From positions 26,042,001-26,106,000 of the forward strand of contig CM059432.1 of assembly GCA_030390025.1 (NCBI GenBank): a stretch of DNA of 64,000 nucleotides. The letters are read 5' to 3'. Under the pieces are notes generated by a model. The model was given only the letters and a program-made list of their open reading frames with translations. It was not told where the DNA came from and did no database searches. Positions 38,000 to 50,760 of this stretch are shown here, in pieces. The position numbers and the translations under genes are program-made. The DNA comes from Squalus acanthias (taxonomy: Eukaryota). Each line of letters opens with the position of its first letter. The stretch's first letter is position 1.

Positions 38000-39918
38000 G
38001 TGACTATAGGTGCTTAATCTTTCTCGTATGCGTGCTTCTACGTGGTGCTTTCCCTGTGGCTTTAGCAGATGTCGAGGCACCTTGCTGACTAGGATGCTGC
38101 GCCTGCTTAGACGCCTTTGATGGGCGTCTTTTGGGTTTGGGAGCCTGGGAGAGCTCTTCAACTGTCTTCTCTTCCTGCGGCTGTAACGGCCATCTCAGTT
38201 GTCTCCGCAAAGTGGCATGGTCGTGTGAATGCTTGAGAGGAGCCCATACTTCCTTCTGTCCTGCCAACAACATCCGTCTCATGGGTCAGCCGCACCTCAG
38301 TGCTGGCAAGTGGCTGGAGAGTACCTAGCTGCACTTCAGGGGGACCATGAGGACCCGTATCTGCACTGGCAGTCCTCATCAAAAGGATGTCCATGAAGCT
38401 CTGGTCTCTCTGCTCAATAGCTGCCCAACGCTCCTCCAGAGATGACATTCTATTTTGAACAGTCACCATGTTTTCCTGACTCTGGCGACTTATTTCCTCC
38501 ATGGCCGTAGCCATCCTTTCCACTGAGGTATCCAGCCTTTCCACGGAGGTTGCCATCCTATCCATGGTGGTACGTTCATGCGCCATTGCCTCCACCACGG
38601 CAGTGCTGATGTTACAGATGGACTCCTTCATTCTCTCCACACTCGCACTAACTCTGGAGGCAAACCCTTCCAGAGACACCTGCACTTGTTCCTGTATTTC
38701 CCGAGACGCTCTTTTTCTGGATGGCCCCAGAGGCACAGCGTCTGCATGCAGCTCAGCAGAGCTAGGTGAGTCCTGCGACCTCCACAGAGGACTCTCCACT
38801 GCTGTCGCTGTCTCCACCATCTGCTGATGCTCACTTGTGCGCTGTGATAGACCAGGTGGCAACACTACTCTAACTCGCAAGGGCCCCACCGAGGTGAGCA
38901 TTGCTGCACTGGTGCTGGGTGCGCTGTGTCCTGGTGACGTTGCTCCCTCAGAGGCTTCAGGTTCCTCTGAGGAGTTGTCTGGCTCTTCGTCCTGGATCGT
39001 GGGGTGGGGGGCACTCGATGGTCCTTTGGGACAGTAAAGGCATGATTTAGACATCTGATATTGACACTTTTGAGCAGATGATACAACGCAATTCTCTATA
39101 AACATCATATGCCATTGCATTCTGAGAGGGATGAAACTCTATTATGTCACCAGCTTCCTCTAGTGTGCCCGTCTCGCCATCGCTCACTTTTCAGTCCTCG
39201 CCACTGCCAACAATCTCGTTTGCAGCCTCCTCAGCCCTGGTCAATGTGGCTAGGGTAGGTGTTCCTCCTCCAGTCATTGCTCTCTCCCTCTTATTGTGGG
39301 CTATCTTTTCCTGCAAGGAGGGATACAAGCGGTGTTTCAGCCACAGTGATGAGCAGTGTTTCAACCACAGTGATGGAGTGAGGGTCAATAATCCCTACCA
39401 TAGAAGCTTTGAGGGAGATGAAGATGGGGTAAGGTGCCAAGAGGAAGCTAGCTCCCTGTGTGTTGTTAGTTATTGTCACTGCATGACAGTGAGAGCGAGT
39501 CTAAGGGGTGCATAGGCAGGATGCTGAAGTGATTCAGTGCAGAGACAGAGATGGATAGGTAAGAGTACAAGGGAAGTAAGGGTAAGGTGGGATGTGAAGG
39601 AAGAGGCTTACAACGCAGAGTTCTGGTGATGAGAAGAGAAGGGAAGCAGACTGAGGGCAAGTGTGATGGGATACTCACTTTTGATGTTCGCACAAGATCA
39701 TTAAACCTTTTTCGTCACTGGATCCATGAGCGTGCATATTTGGACCTTGCGCTGACCTCCTCAGCAATGCACAGCCAGGCTGCCTTGGTCTGCGGGGGAG
39801 GCTACCTCCGGCCATCGGGAGGGAAGAGAATCTCCCTGCACCCTCTGACAGCATCCACAAGAACATGGAGGAAGTCATCATTAAAACGAGGAGCTGCCTT
39901 GCCTCTGGAAGAAGTCAT
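38000..39918 (-). pseudogene. Harbinger Myb/SANT-like DNA-binding protein gene (exons 39918-39679, 39310-39151, 39023-~38000), disabled
   Basis: Exon 1 MTSSRGKAAPRFNDDFLHVLVDAV...KAAWLCIAEEV...RSWIQ*RKRFNDLVRTSK|gtgagt. Exon 2 cag|EKIAHNKRERAMTGGG...EA G|gt. Exon 3 aag|GPSS... with a coiled-coil-like region. Splice phases are compatible; in-frame stops are present. Confidence 0.85.
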
Positions 39919-40847
39919 TGCATCAAAATCAATTTGAATGAGTTCAGGAATCCACAAGAGAAAGGCTTAAGCTGAATGGCAGTTTTAAAAGCAGCAGCGA
40001 TGATGATGTCATCAGAGGCGGCCAGCCGACCCGATCGCACTCATTGGACCGGCCAGCGCACCTCATTGAAATCAACAAGCTCATTGAATCAAAATCGGAC
40101 ATCAGCAGCTGATCCCACCGGAAGCGGCTCCGGAACCAACCCACCACGCAACCCGACTCGGCAATTAAAATTGAGCCCTTCAACTCACTCAACGTACTTA
40201 CCTCCAAAGCTGCTTCGGATCCCAACTGAGCCAGTGAACTGAGCTGGTGTATAGAGTGCCTGCCTCAGCCTCCAATGTCAATTGAATTTAAGGGCGAGTA
40301 GAGGTTGTCACTCAAGGTAAATTGCAAGCTCCCAGAAATGGAAACGTGGCGCAACTGGGTCTCTGCCATTTTGAGCAAATGACCAAACCTACCTTGTACT
40401 ATCCAATATTAAATACACTCATTCATCAACCCACAAATCCAATTCTGGGCTCATCACACCTTTGTACAAACACTCCATCAGCAGTAGATATAATTATAGA
40501 ATTAACTCAGAGGGAAAAGAAAGGAGATTTTCCCCTTGTTGGCTTCCCAGCAACCTTCACATTACTATCTTATCTACTGCATAGTAAAGTCAAAGAGGTC
40601 TTATGTGCAGTAAGGCCTGTGTTTGAAATTAAAACTTCATACAGTAAAACTTTCCTTGTGAGGGAGCACGGGGCAGTAAGTGGATACAAGCGGTGGAATA
40701 GATTTACTATGTGTGTGCTGGTGTAGCACACGTGCTAATTTTTAGTCCCATAGTCATATAGAAGAACGTGCACTATAAATCTCAGCCCAGCAAAAATCAC
40801 AGGGCAGGCATTTTGTTAACAGGATGGTATTAGCAACATGAGCAGTG

Positions 40848-43800
40848 AAGGGTCAAGGACGTCTCGGAGCGGCTACAGACATTTTGGAGGGGGAGGGCGA
40901 ACAGCCAGCTGTCGTGGTGCACATAGGCACCAACGATATAGGTAAAAAAGGGGATGAGGTCCTAAAAGCAGAATATAGGGAGTTAGGAGGTAAATTAAAA
41001 AATAGGACCTCAAAAGGTAGTAATCTCAGGATTGCTACCAGTGCCACGTGCTAGTCAGAGTAGAAATAGGAGGATATTTCAAATGAATACGTGGCTAGAG
41101 GAATGGTGCAAGGGGGAGGGATTCAAATTCCTGGGACATTGGAACCGGTTCTGGGGGAGGTGGGACCAGTACAAACCGGACGGTCTGCACCTGGGCAGGG
41201 CCGGGACCGCTGTCCTAGGGGGAGTGTTTGCTAGTGCTGTTGGGGAGGATTTAAACTAATGTGGCAGGGGGTTGGGAACCTGAGCAGGGAGACAGAGGAA
41301 AGCATGTCAGGAAGGGACAGAAGGTATGGAGTAAAAGGTAAAGTGTTAAATAAGGAAAAAGCAGGAAGTAAGTGTCGCAAAACACATTTGAAAGTTCTTT
41401 ATCTGAATGCACGTAGCATTCGTAACAAAATTGACGAGTTAACGGCACAAATAACTATGTATGGGTATGATCTTGTGGCCATTACAGAAACATGGCTGCA
41501 GGGTGACAATGTCTGGGAATTAAATATGCCAGGGTATTTAACAATCAGGAAGGACAGGCAGGAAGGAAGGGGAGGGGGGGTGGCTATGTTAATAAAGGAA
41601 GGAATCACTGTAATACAGAGAAATTATATTGGGTCAAAAGATCAGAAAAAATGAAACAGTTTGGGCAGAGATTAGGAATAATAAGGGGAAAAAAACACTG
41701 GTGGGCGTAGTACATAGGCTTCCTAATAGTTGCAACTCTGTTGGAAGAAGTATTAATCAGGAAATAGTTGGGGCATGTAATAAGGGAACAGCTATAATTA
41801 TGGGGGATTTTAACTATCATATTAACTGGACAAATCAAATTGGGCAGGGCAGCCTTGAGGAAGAGTTTATTGAGTGTCTTAGGGATGGATTTCTTGAGCA
41901 GTATGTAACTGATCCTACAAGGGGGCAAGCAACCTTGGACCTGGTACTGTGTAATGAGTCTGGATTAATTAATAATGTCCTAGTTAAGGATCCCCTTGGA
42001 ATGAGTGACCATAACATGGTTGAATTCCATATCCAATTAGAGGGTGAGAAGGTTGGTTCTCAAACAAGCATACTGAGCTTGAATAAAGGAGACTATGATG
42101 GCATGAGAGCTGAATTGATTAAAGTGGACTGGGAAAATAGATTAAAGTGTAAGACGGTACATGAGCAGTGGTGTTCATTCAAGGAGTTATTTTACAACTT
42201 TCAAAATAAATATATTCCACTGAGGAAAAAAGGGTGTAAAAGAAATGACAGCCATCCATGGCTAAGTAAAGAAATTAAAGAAAGTATCCAACTAAAAACA
42301 AGGACATATAAGGTAGCCAAAGTTAGTGGGTGGATAGAAGATTGGGAAGTCTTCAAAAGACAACAAAAAGTAACTAAAGGATTGATTAAGAAAGGGAAAA
42401 TAGACTATGAAAATAAATTAGCAAAAAATATAAAAACAGATAGCAAGAGTTTCTATAGTTATATAAAAAGAAAAAGGGTGGTTAAGGCAAACGTAGGTCC
42501 CTTAGGGGATGAGACCGGGAAATTAATGGTGGGAAACATGGAGATGGCAAAAATGCTGAACAAATATTTTGTTTCAGTCTTTACGGTAGAGGACACTAAG
42601 AATATCCCAACACTGGACAAACAGAGGGCTCTCGTGGGGGAGGAGCTGAATACGATTAAAATTACTAAGGAATTGGTACTCAGTAAAATAATGGGACTCA
42701 AGGTGGATAAATCCCCTGGACCTGATGGCTTACATCCTAGGGTCTTGAGGGAAGTGGCAGTAGGAATTGTGGATGCTTTGGTAATAATTTTCCAAAACTC
42801 CCTGAACTCAGCAAAGGTCCCGGCAGATTGGAAAACTGCTAATGTAACACCCTTATTTAAAAAGGGTTGTAGGCAGAAGGCTGGAAATTATAGACCAGTT
42901 AGCCTAACATCTGTGGTGGGTAAAATTTGGAGTCTATTATTAAGGAGACAGTAACGGAACATTTAGATAAACATAATTTAATAGGACAAAGTCAGCATGG
43001 CTTTATGAAGGGGTTATGAAGGGGAAGTCATGTCTGACAAATTTGCTCGAGTTCTTTGAGGACATAACGTACAGGGTGGATAAAGGGGAACCAGTGGATG
43101 TAGTGTATTTAGACTTCCAGAAGGCATTCGACAAGGTACCACATAAAAGATTATTACTCAAGATAAAAAATCACTGGATTGGGGGTAATATTCTGGCATG
43201 GGTGGAGGATTGGTTATCTAACAGGAAGCAGAGAGTTGGGATAAATGGTTCATTCTCGGACTGGCAACCAGTAGCCAGTGGTGTTCTGCAGGGGTCGGTG
43301 CTGGGTCCCCAACTCTTTACAATCTATATTAACGATTTGGAGGAGGGGACCGAGTGTAACATATCAAAGTTTGCAGATGATACAAAGATGGGAGGGAAAG
43401 TAGAGAGTGAGGAGGACATAAAAAACCTACAAGGGGATATAGACAGGCTGGGTGAGTGGGCAGAGATTTGGCAGATGCAATACAATATTGGAAAATGTGA
43501 GGTTATGCACTTTGGCAGGAAAAATCAGAGAGCAAGTTATTATCTTAATGGCGAGAAACTGGAAAGTACTGCAGTACAAAGGGATCTGGGGGTCTTGGTG
43601 CAAGAAAATCAAAAAGTTAGTATGCAGGTGCAGCAGGTGATCAAGAAAGCCAATGGAATGTTGGCTTTTATTGCTAGGGGGATAGAATATAAAAACAGGG
43701 AGGTATTGCTGCAGTTGTATAGGGTATTGGTGAGACCGCACCTGGAGTACTGCATACAGTTTTGGTGTCCATACTTAAGAAAAGACATACTTGCTCTCGA

Positions 43801-44410
43801 GGCAGTACAAAGAAGGTTCACTCGGTTAATTCCGGGGATGAGGGGGTGGACATACGAGGAGAGGTTGAGTAGATTGGGACTCTACTCATTGGAGTTCAGA
43901 AGAATGAGAGGCGATCTTATTGAAACATATAAGATTGTGAAGGGGCTTGATCGGGTGGACACGGTGAGGATGTTCCCAATGATGGGTGAAACTAGAACTA
44001 GGGGACATAATCTTAGAATAAGGGGCTCCTCTTTCAAAACTGAGACGAGGAGAAACATTTTCACTCAGAGGGTAGTGGGTCTGTGGAATTTGCTACCCCA
44101 GGAAGCTGTGGAAGCTACTTCATTAAATAAATTTAAAACAGAAATAGACCGTTTCCTAGAAGTAAAGGGAATCAGGGGTTACGGGGAGCGGGCTGGAAAT
44201 TGGACATGAGTTTGAGTTCGGATCGGTCAAGGCCCTGTGGGTGGCGGAGCGGGCCCAGGGGCCGAGTGGCCTGGTCCTGCTCCTACTTCTTGTGTTCTTT
44301 AGAGTTGAGGTTGGATCAGATCAGCCATGATCTCATTGAATGGCGGAGCAGGCTCGAGGGGCCGATTGGTCGACTCCTGCTCCTATTTCTTATGTTCTGA
44401 TGTTCTTATG
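40848..44410 (+). mobile_element. CR1 LINE with part of ORF1 (SGNH/GDSL esterase-like), full ORF2 and doubled 3' UTR
   Basis: ORF1 VVVHIGTNDIG...DGLHL. ORF2 EN and RT motifs run through to the stop at 44209. Frameshifts include an 11-nt tandem duplication ttatgaagggg (43003-43024). Two consecutive tails, 44210-44300 and 44301-44410. Confidence 0.96.
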
Positions 44411-44419
44411 AATGACTGA

Positions 44420-44547
44420 CCACAACTTCAGGATTTCCGAGTTTGTCTGCGCATGTGATAAATCCTGAAGTTACCTGTCAGTTTCAGAGGGGTAATGACG
44501 GTAAACACTGACAATTTGCCCCCACTACCACCGCAAAATCCGGGCCA
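44420..44547. mobile_element. Terminal fragment of a Harbinger-type MITE
   Basis: Ends accgcaaaatccgggcc, identical to the terminus at 53575-53591. Confidence 0.7.
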
Positions 44548-47500
44548 ACGTATCCAAGTTTGCTGACGATACATAGCTAGGTGGGAATATAAGCTGTGAG
44601 GAGCACACAAAGACACTGCCAAGGGATATAGAAAGGTTAAGTGAGTGGGCAAGAAAGTGGAAGATGGAGATGTGAAATAATAATAGCAGGTTCCTCTAAT
44701 GAGGCCATATAGGTAGAACTTAAAAACAAAAAGGGGGCAAGCACTTTGCTGGGAGTGTACTATAGGCCCCCAAACAGTCAGGGGGAGATAGAGGAACAGA
44801 TATGTAGGCAAATCTCAGAGAAGTGTAGAAATAATAGGGTAATAATAGTAGGGGATTTCAACTTCCCCAATATTAACTGGGATAGTCAGAGTGTGAAAGG
44901 CTTAGAGGGTGCGGAATTCTTAAAGTGCATCCAGGAGAGCTTTTTGAGCCAGCATGTAGAAAGTCCTACAAGAGAGGGGGTGGTACTGGACCTAATTCTA
45001 GGGAATGTAGCCGGGCAAGTGGTAGAAGTGTTAGTAGGAGAGCATTTTGGTGACAGTGACCATAATTCAGTGAGATTTAAGGTAGTCATGGAAAAGGACA
45101 AAGATTGACCGGAAATAAAGGTTCTAAATTGGGGGAAGGCCGATTTTAATATGATAAGGCAGGATCTGGCCAAAGTGACTGGGATCAGCTAGTTGTAGGA
45201 AAATCCACATCAGAACAGTGGGAGTCTTTCAGAAAGGAAATAGAGAGAGTACAACGGCAACATGTTCCCGTAAAGGTCAAGGGAACCCTGGATGTCAAGG
45301 GATATACGAGAATGGATTAGGAAACAAAGGGAGGCTTTTGGCAGATAAAAAGGACTAAAAACAGTGGAAGCCCTAGAGGAGTATAGAAAGTGCAGGGGGG
45401 TACTTAAAAAAGAAAGTAGGAGAGCGAAGAGGGGGCATGAAATAACACTGGCGGGCAAAATAAAGGAAAATCACAAGGTGTTTTATAAGTATATTAAGGG
45501 CAAGAGGATAACCAGGGAAAGAGTAGGGCCCATTAGGGACCAACGTAGCAATCTGTGTGTAGAGCCAGAAGATGTAGGTGGGGGTTTAAATGAATATTTT
45601 GCATCTGTGTTCACTATGGAGAAGGACGATGTAGGCATAGAAATCAGGCAGGGGGATTGTGATATACTTGAACAAATTAGTATTGAGAGGGAGGAGGTAC
45701 TAGCGGTTTTAGCGGGCTTAAAAGTGGATAAATCCCCAGGCTCAGACGAGATGTATCCCAGGCTGCTGTGTGAGGCAAGGGAGGAGATTGCAGGGGCTCT
45801 GACACAAATTTTCAGAACCTCTTTGGCCACAGGGGAGGTGCCAGAGGACTGGAGAACAGCTAACGTAGTACCATTATTCAAGAAGGGTAGTAGGGATAAA
45901 CCAGGAATTACAGGCCAGTGAGCCTAACATCAGTGGTAGGGAAATTATTGGAAAAAATTCTGAGGGACAGAATTAGTCTCCACTTGGACAGGCAAGGATT
46001 AATCCAGGATAGTCAGCATGGCTTTGTCAAGGGGAGATCATGTCTAACCAATTTGATTGAATTTCGAGGGGGTGACTAGGTGTGTGGATGAGGGTAGTGC
46101 AGTTGATGTAGTCTACATGGACTTCAGTAAGGCTTTTGACAAAGTCCCGCTTGGGAGACTGGTCAAGAAGGTAAGAGCCCATGGGATCCAGGGCAACTTG
46201 GCACATTGGATCCAAAATTGGCTTAGTGGCAGGAGGCAGAGGGTGATGGTCGAAGGTTGTTTTTGTGACTGGAAGCCTGTGTCCAGTGGTGTACCGCAGG
46301 GATCGATGCTGGGTCCTTTGCTGTTTGTAGTGTACATTAATGATTTAGATATGAATGTAGGAGGTATGATCAGTAAGTTTGCAGATGACACGAAAATTGG
46401 TGGGGTGGTAAATAGCGAGGAGGGAAGCCTCAGCATACAGGACGATATAGACGGATTGGTCAGATGGGCAGAACAGTGGCAAATCGAATTTAACCCTGAA
46501 AAGTGTGAGGTGATGCATTTTGGGAAGACTAACAAGGCAAGGGAATACACAATGAATGGTAGGACCCAGGAAGGACAGAGGATCAGAGGGACCTTGGTGT
46601 GCATGTACATAGATCCCTGAAGGCAGCAGGACAGGTAGATAAGGTGGTTAAAAAGGCATATGGGATACTTGCCTTCATTAGCCGAGGCATAGAATATAAG
46701 AGCAGGGAGGTTATGATGGAGCTGTACAAAACGCTAGTTAGGCCACAGCTGGAATACTGTGTGCAGTTCTGGTCGCCACACTATAGGAAGGATGTGATTG
46801 CATTGGAGAGGGTGCAGAGGAGATTCACCAGGATGTTACCTGGGCTGGAGTGCTTCAGCTATGAAGAGAGACTGGACAGGCTGGGGTTGTTTTCCTGAGA
46901 GCAGAGAAGGCTGAGGGGGGACCTGATTGAGGTGTACAAAATTATGAGGGGCATAGATAGGGTAGATAGAAAGGAACTTTTCCCTTAGTAGAGGGGTCAA
47001 TAACCAGGGGGCATAGTTTCAATGTAAGGGGCAGGAGGTTTAGAGGGTATTTGAGGAAAAACATTTTCACCCAGAGGGTGGTTGGAATCTGAAACTCACT
47101 GCCTGAAAGGGTGGTAGAGGCAGGAACCCTCACAACATTCAAGAAGCATTTAGATGAGCACTTGAAACGCCATAGCATACAAGGCTACGGACCAAGTGCT
47201 GGAAAATGGGATTAGAATAGGCAAGGCTTGATGGCCGGTGCGGACACTATGGGCCGAAGGGCCTCTTTCTGTGCTGTATAACTCTATGACTAATCCACAT
47301 TGGTAGGAAGAATAGAGAAGCAATATATTTTAAATGGTGAGAGACTAGTAAATGTTGGTACTCCGAGGGATTTGGGTGTCCTTGTACACGTATCACAGAA
47401 AGTTAACATGAAGGTACAGCAAGCAATTAGGAAAGCAAATTGTATGTTAGCCTTTATTGCAAGGGGGGTTGAAGTATAAGAGCAAGGAAGTCTTGCTGCA

Positions 47501-48235
47501 ATTATATAGGGCTTTGGTGAGACCACACCTGGAGTACTGTGCAGTTTTGGTCTCCTTACCTAAGGAAGGATATAACTTGCCTTAAAGGGGGTGCAACAGT
47601 GGTTTACTAGATTGATTTCTGGGATGAGAGGGTTGTCCTATGAGGAGAGATTGAGAAGAATGTGTCTATATTCTCTGAAGTTTAGAAGAATGAGGTGATC
47701 TCATTGAAATGTAGAATAATCTTCGAGGGCTCGACAGGGTAGATGGTAAATACATTTAAGGTGGAGATAGACAGATTTTTGCAAGATAAGGGAGTGAAGG
47801 GTTATGGGGAGCGGGCAGGGAAGTGGCTTTGAGCCCAAGATCAGCCATGATCTTATTGAATGGCGGAGCAGGCTCAAGGGGCTAAGCGGCCTATTCCTGC
47901 TCCTATTTCTTATGTTCTTATGGCGAGAGGCTGTTTCCCCTGGCTGGAGAGTCTAGAACTAGGGGGTCATAGTCTCAGGTTAAGGAGTCAGTTATTTATA
48001 ACTGAGATGAGGAGAAATTTGTTCACTCAGAGGGTGGTGAATCTCTGGAATTCTCTACCCCAGAGGGCTGTGGATGCTCAGATGTTGAGTATATTCAAGA
48101 CTGAGATCGACAGATTTTTGGATAGTCAAGGGATACGGGGAAAGCTCGGGAAAGTGCAGTTGAGATAGATCAGCCATGATCTTATTGAATGGCGGAGCAG
48201 GCTCGAGGAGCCGTATGCTCCTATTTCTTATGTTC
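44548..48235 (+). mobile_element. Older CR1 3' half split into three pieces (44548-44680, 47291-47745, 47922-48235) by younger CR1 insertions
   Basis: Pieces are collinear in RT order: SKFADD..W..KW | .IH.GRKN...RPHLEY...LDRVD | ERLFPLAGESRT...tail. Confidence 0.75.
44690..47290 (+). mobile_element. CR1 LINE of a different subfamily, 5'-truncated within the endonuclease
   Basis: LGVYYRPPNS, VGDFNFP, GDSDHN, DFSKAFDKVP, GVPQGSMLGP, KFADD. Tail gggccgaagggcctctttctgtgctgtataactctatgact. Confidence 0.95.
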
Positions 48236-49099
48236 TCTCCCCTACTTCCCACCTGAATGTCTCCTCTTTTCTCCCTGCCTCTCCATCACTCTTCTCCATC
48301 CTTCCCGTCTGATTCAAAAGTCATGGCCCAATTATTAGTTACGATTTATTTGGATTCAAACTAATTTGAGATACATCTCCCAGTTGGAAGTCGAAACATT
48401 TTTTACCTGTGTAGACTCAAATTACTTTTTGTTAACCATACTTCATATAATGACACCAAGACTAAAATTGGAATTGAACCATATAAATTTAGAGCACTGA
48501 AGGAGGCCATTCAGACTTTCCAACATTAGGAAAACAGGATTAGTTCACCTAATCTCAATCCTTTGAGCACTCAATTTTTGTTGCAGCCTCGCATTCAAAT
48601 TCAAAACTACGTAACGCCAGCAAAACAATACTGACAACATTAGTCTAGTGAATTCAAATTCAAGCAATAGAAATAACTCAAAGGACTTTATTTTACTATT
48701 AATGGTCTGTGAATAATGTTCCACCATGCATTTCTACTGTTAATTAGCTACTCTAATCCTCAATGGGTTCATCAAGAATATGTGAATTCAACATAAAAAA
48801 CTATTAAAGAGAAAAACACTGAAATATTCTCTAGAGTTAATTACATTTGCTGACAAAACTAACTTTATAATGGCACACTACTGAAATATGGAATAAGCAC
48901 GCCAAAAAAAAATCTTTGATATACTGCCACTTAGCATGCTCAACTTCCAAAACATGCATTTTTTATGAAGTCAATTCTTGCACAATCAATTCTATAGCTC
49001 TAAAGTAAATACTTCATGTTCCCAGTGCCCCTTACTCAGCAACTAGATTCTGTCAACATAGGACTTTTCATTGCTAATTATTTTTATACATACCTATAT

Positions 49100-49275
49100 A
49101 TATGGAATCATAGAACACAGAAGGAGGCCATTCAGTCCATCGTGCCTATACCAACTCTTTGAAAGGGCTATCCAATCAGTTCCACTCCCCCGCTCTTTCA
49201 CCATTTTTCTTTTACAGGTATCCAATTCCCTTTTTAATGTTACTATTGAATCTGCTTCCACCACCCTTTCAGGTG
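49100..49275 (-). mobile_element. CR1 3' end fragment
   Basis: Plus strand catagaacacagaaggaggccattcag is the reverse complement of a CR1 tail. Confidence 0.7.
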
Positions 49276-50515
49276 GTGGAAATACAACAGTTTCAATAAT
49301 AACACTGTTTGGCTCTTTCCTTCTTATTTATGTAATCTTAAACTGACTCACTATCTGCTGAAAAGAATCAGGGAGGAGCTAAATGGAAGCATGTACATAT
49401 ATGGGTAATAGAGGTTACTGCACCATTGACTGGATGAGCATAGATCATGCCATTCTCATGTGAATGCCTCATGACATGAAAAAGAAAAGAAAGAAACCTC
49501 TTTTCATGAGGTTGGAGGTATAGAAGGGGATACTTGATTATTAAAATTGCTGATTGCTACTGTATTGGTTGTCTCGTCGAATTGGTTTACATTTTCTATT
49601 TACTTAACAGAAATAGTCACAATTAAAAGTGACTGTACAGCAGCAATACAATGGCAATAAAAATGGTGTCACACACACTTACCACCCTCTTAACTATTTT
49701 CTATGTGAGGTAAGCACATTTTAAAGAGGATAACAACAACAACTTTCATTTATATAGCCCCTTTAATAAAAAAATAGAAAAGCAGTGTTACTGCAGGAAT
49801 TATGAAGAATCTTCCCTTTATTATTTCTGATAAGACAGTCTCACCATTTAGTCATGACAGTTTAACCAATAGCCTTTTTATTATTATTAATAAGGACAAC
49901 TATCATTATGATAGAGCTACTGCTGTTCCAGTCTGATAACTTTCTGCTTCTTGGACACATACAAGAGAACTTTTCCTTTATGTTTAACAATGACAACCTC
50001 TTTTGGAAAATAGTAAAATACTGGAGGAGTGTGCTTAATCCGATTGCTGTTACACAAATACGGCTTCTGTTGACCTACAAGCAGCTCAGGGGAACAAGAG
50101 AAGTGAATATAGATTCAAAAAGCTCTTTCTAACATCATAAATCAAATAACTTATTCTTGATGGAAAACTAGAGGGTCAAGATTCACTTCTGTGCTTAGCA
50201 GCACATGCTTTTCCCTCTATTAAAGAACATCGTGGGCTGCCGAGTGCATAAGTACAATTTCTACTCCAGGTGTATTTCAGCACCATAGGAAATACAACAC
50301 GTTAAAATCAATCTCTAAATTTCTCAATTAAAGTACTACAAATTGCTTCAGTTTTTTCTCTCTTATTCATTCCCTTCCCCAAGCTGACCATTTTAAAATC
50401 AAGGTGAAGTAAGTTATCATCGATGATATCTCCTAGAATTTGATTAAACATGCAGTCTAGTTCATAAAGCCTGACTGAATTATGACCCAGTCCTCCACAG
50501 ATCAAAATCAATGTA

Positions 50516-50727
50516 AAGAAAGACTTGCATTTATATAGCGTCTTTCACGACCACCGGACGTCTCAAAGCGCTTTACAGAAGTACTTTTTGAAGTGGAGTC
50601 ACTGTTATAATGTGGGAAACGCGGCAGCCAAATTGCACATAGCAAGGTCCCACAAACAGCAATGTAATAATGACCAGATAATCTGTTTTTGTTATGTTGA
50701 TTGAGGGATAAATATTGGCCAGGACAC
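50516..50727 (-). mobile_element. 3' half of a Deu-domain SINE (SacSINE1-like)
   Basis: Minus strand gtgtcctggccaatatttatccctcaa...cagattatctggtcatta...aaagcgctttgagacgtcc...cgctatataaatgcaagtctttcttt. Confidence 0.85.
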
Positions 50728-50760
50728 GTATGCGGTTATGAATGATCAGTGCATTGTTAC

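Larger units (their letters stand above)
35848..40178 (-). mobile_element. Complete non-autonomous PIF/Harbinger element with TIRs, 3-bp TSD and a three-exon Myb/SANT gene; contains a nested CR1
   Basis: TIRs gggcttgattttaat and attaaaattgagccc (13/15 match). TSD TTC at 35845-35847 and 40179-40181. No transposase core is recognisable inside. Confidence 0.88.
3957..50760 (-). other. 46.8-kb GT-AG intron of the KHDRBS gene
   Basis: Donor GTAAC directly follows the 83-nt exon and acceptor tttacAG precedes the 59-nt exon. The joined exons give a continuous KHDRBS-like peptide, and I recognised no other KHDRBS coding exon between them. Confidence 0.8.

Noticed and set aside
38158..39120. 320-aa ORF as a domesticated host gene
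   Set aside because: It lies within TIR/TSD-bounded Harbinger DNA, upstream exons carry stops, and the track's ATG start is intronic.
41254..41262. TAATG stop-start overlap between CR1 ORF1 and ORF2, suggesting coupled reinitiation
   Set aside because: The related copy at ~29578-29587 reads ctaaaattgc with no ATG, so the overlap is not supported as a family feature.
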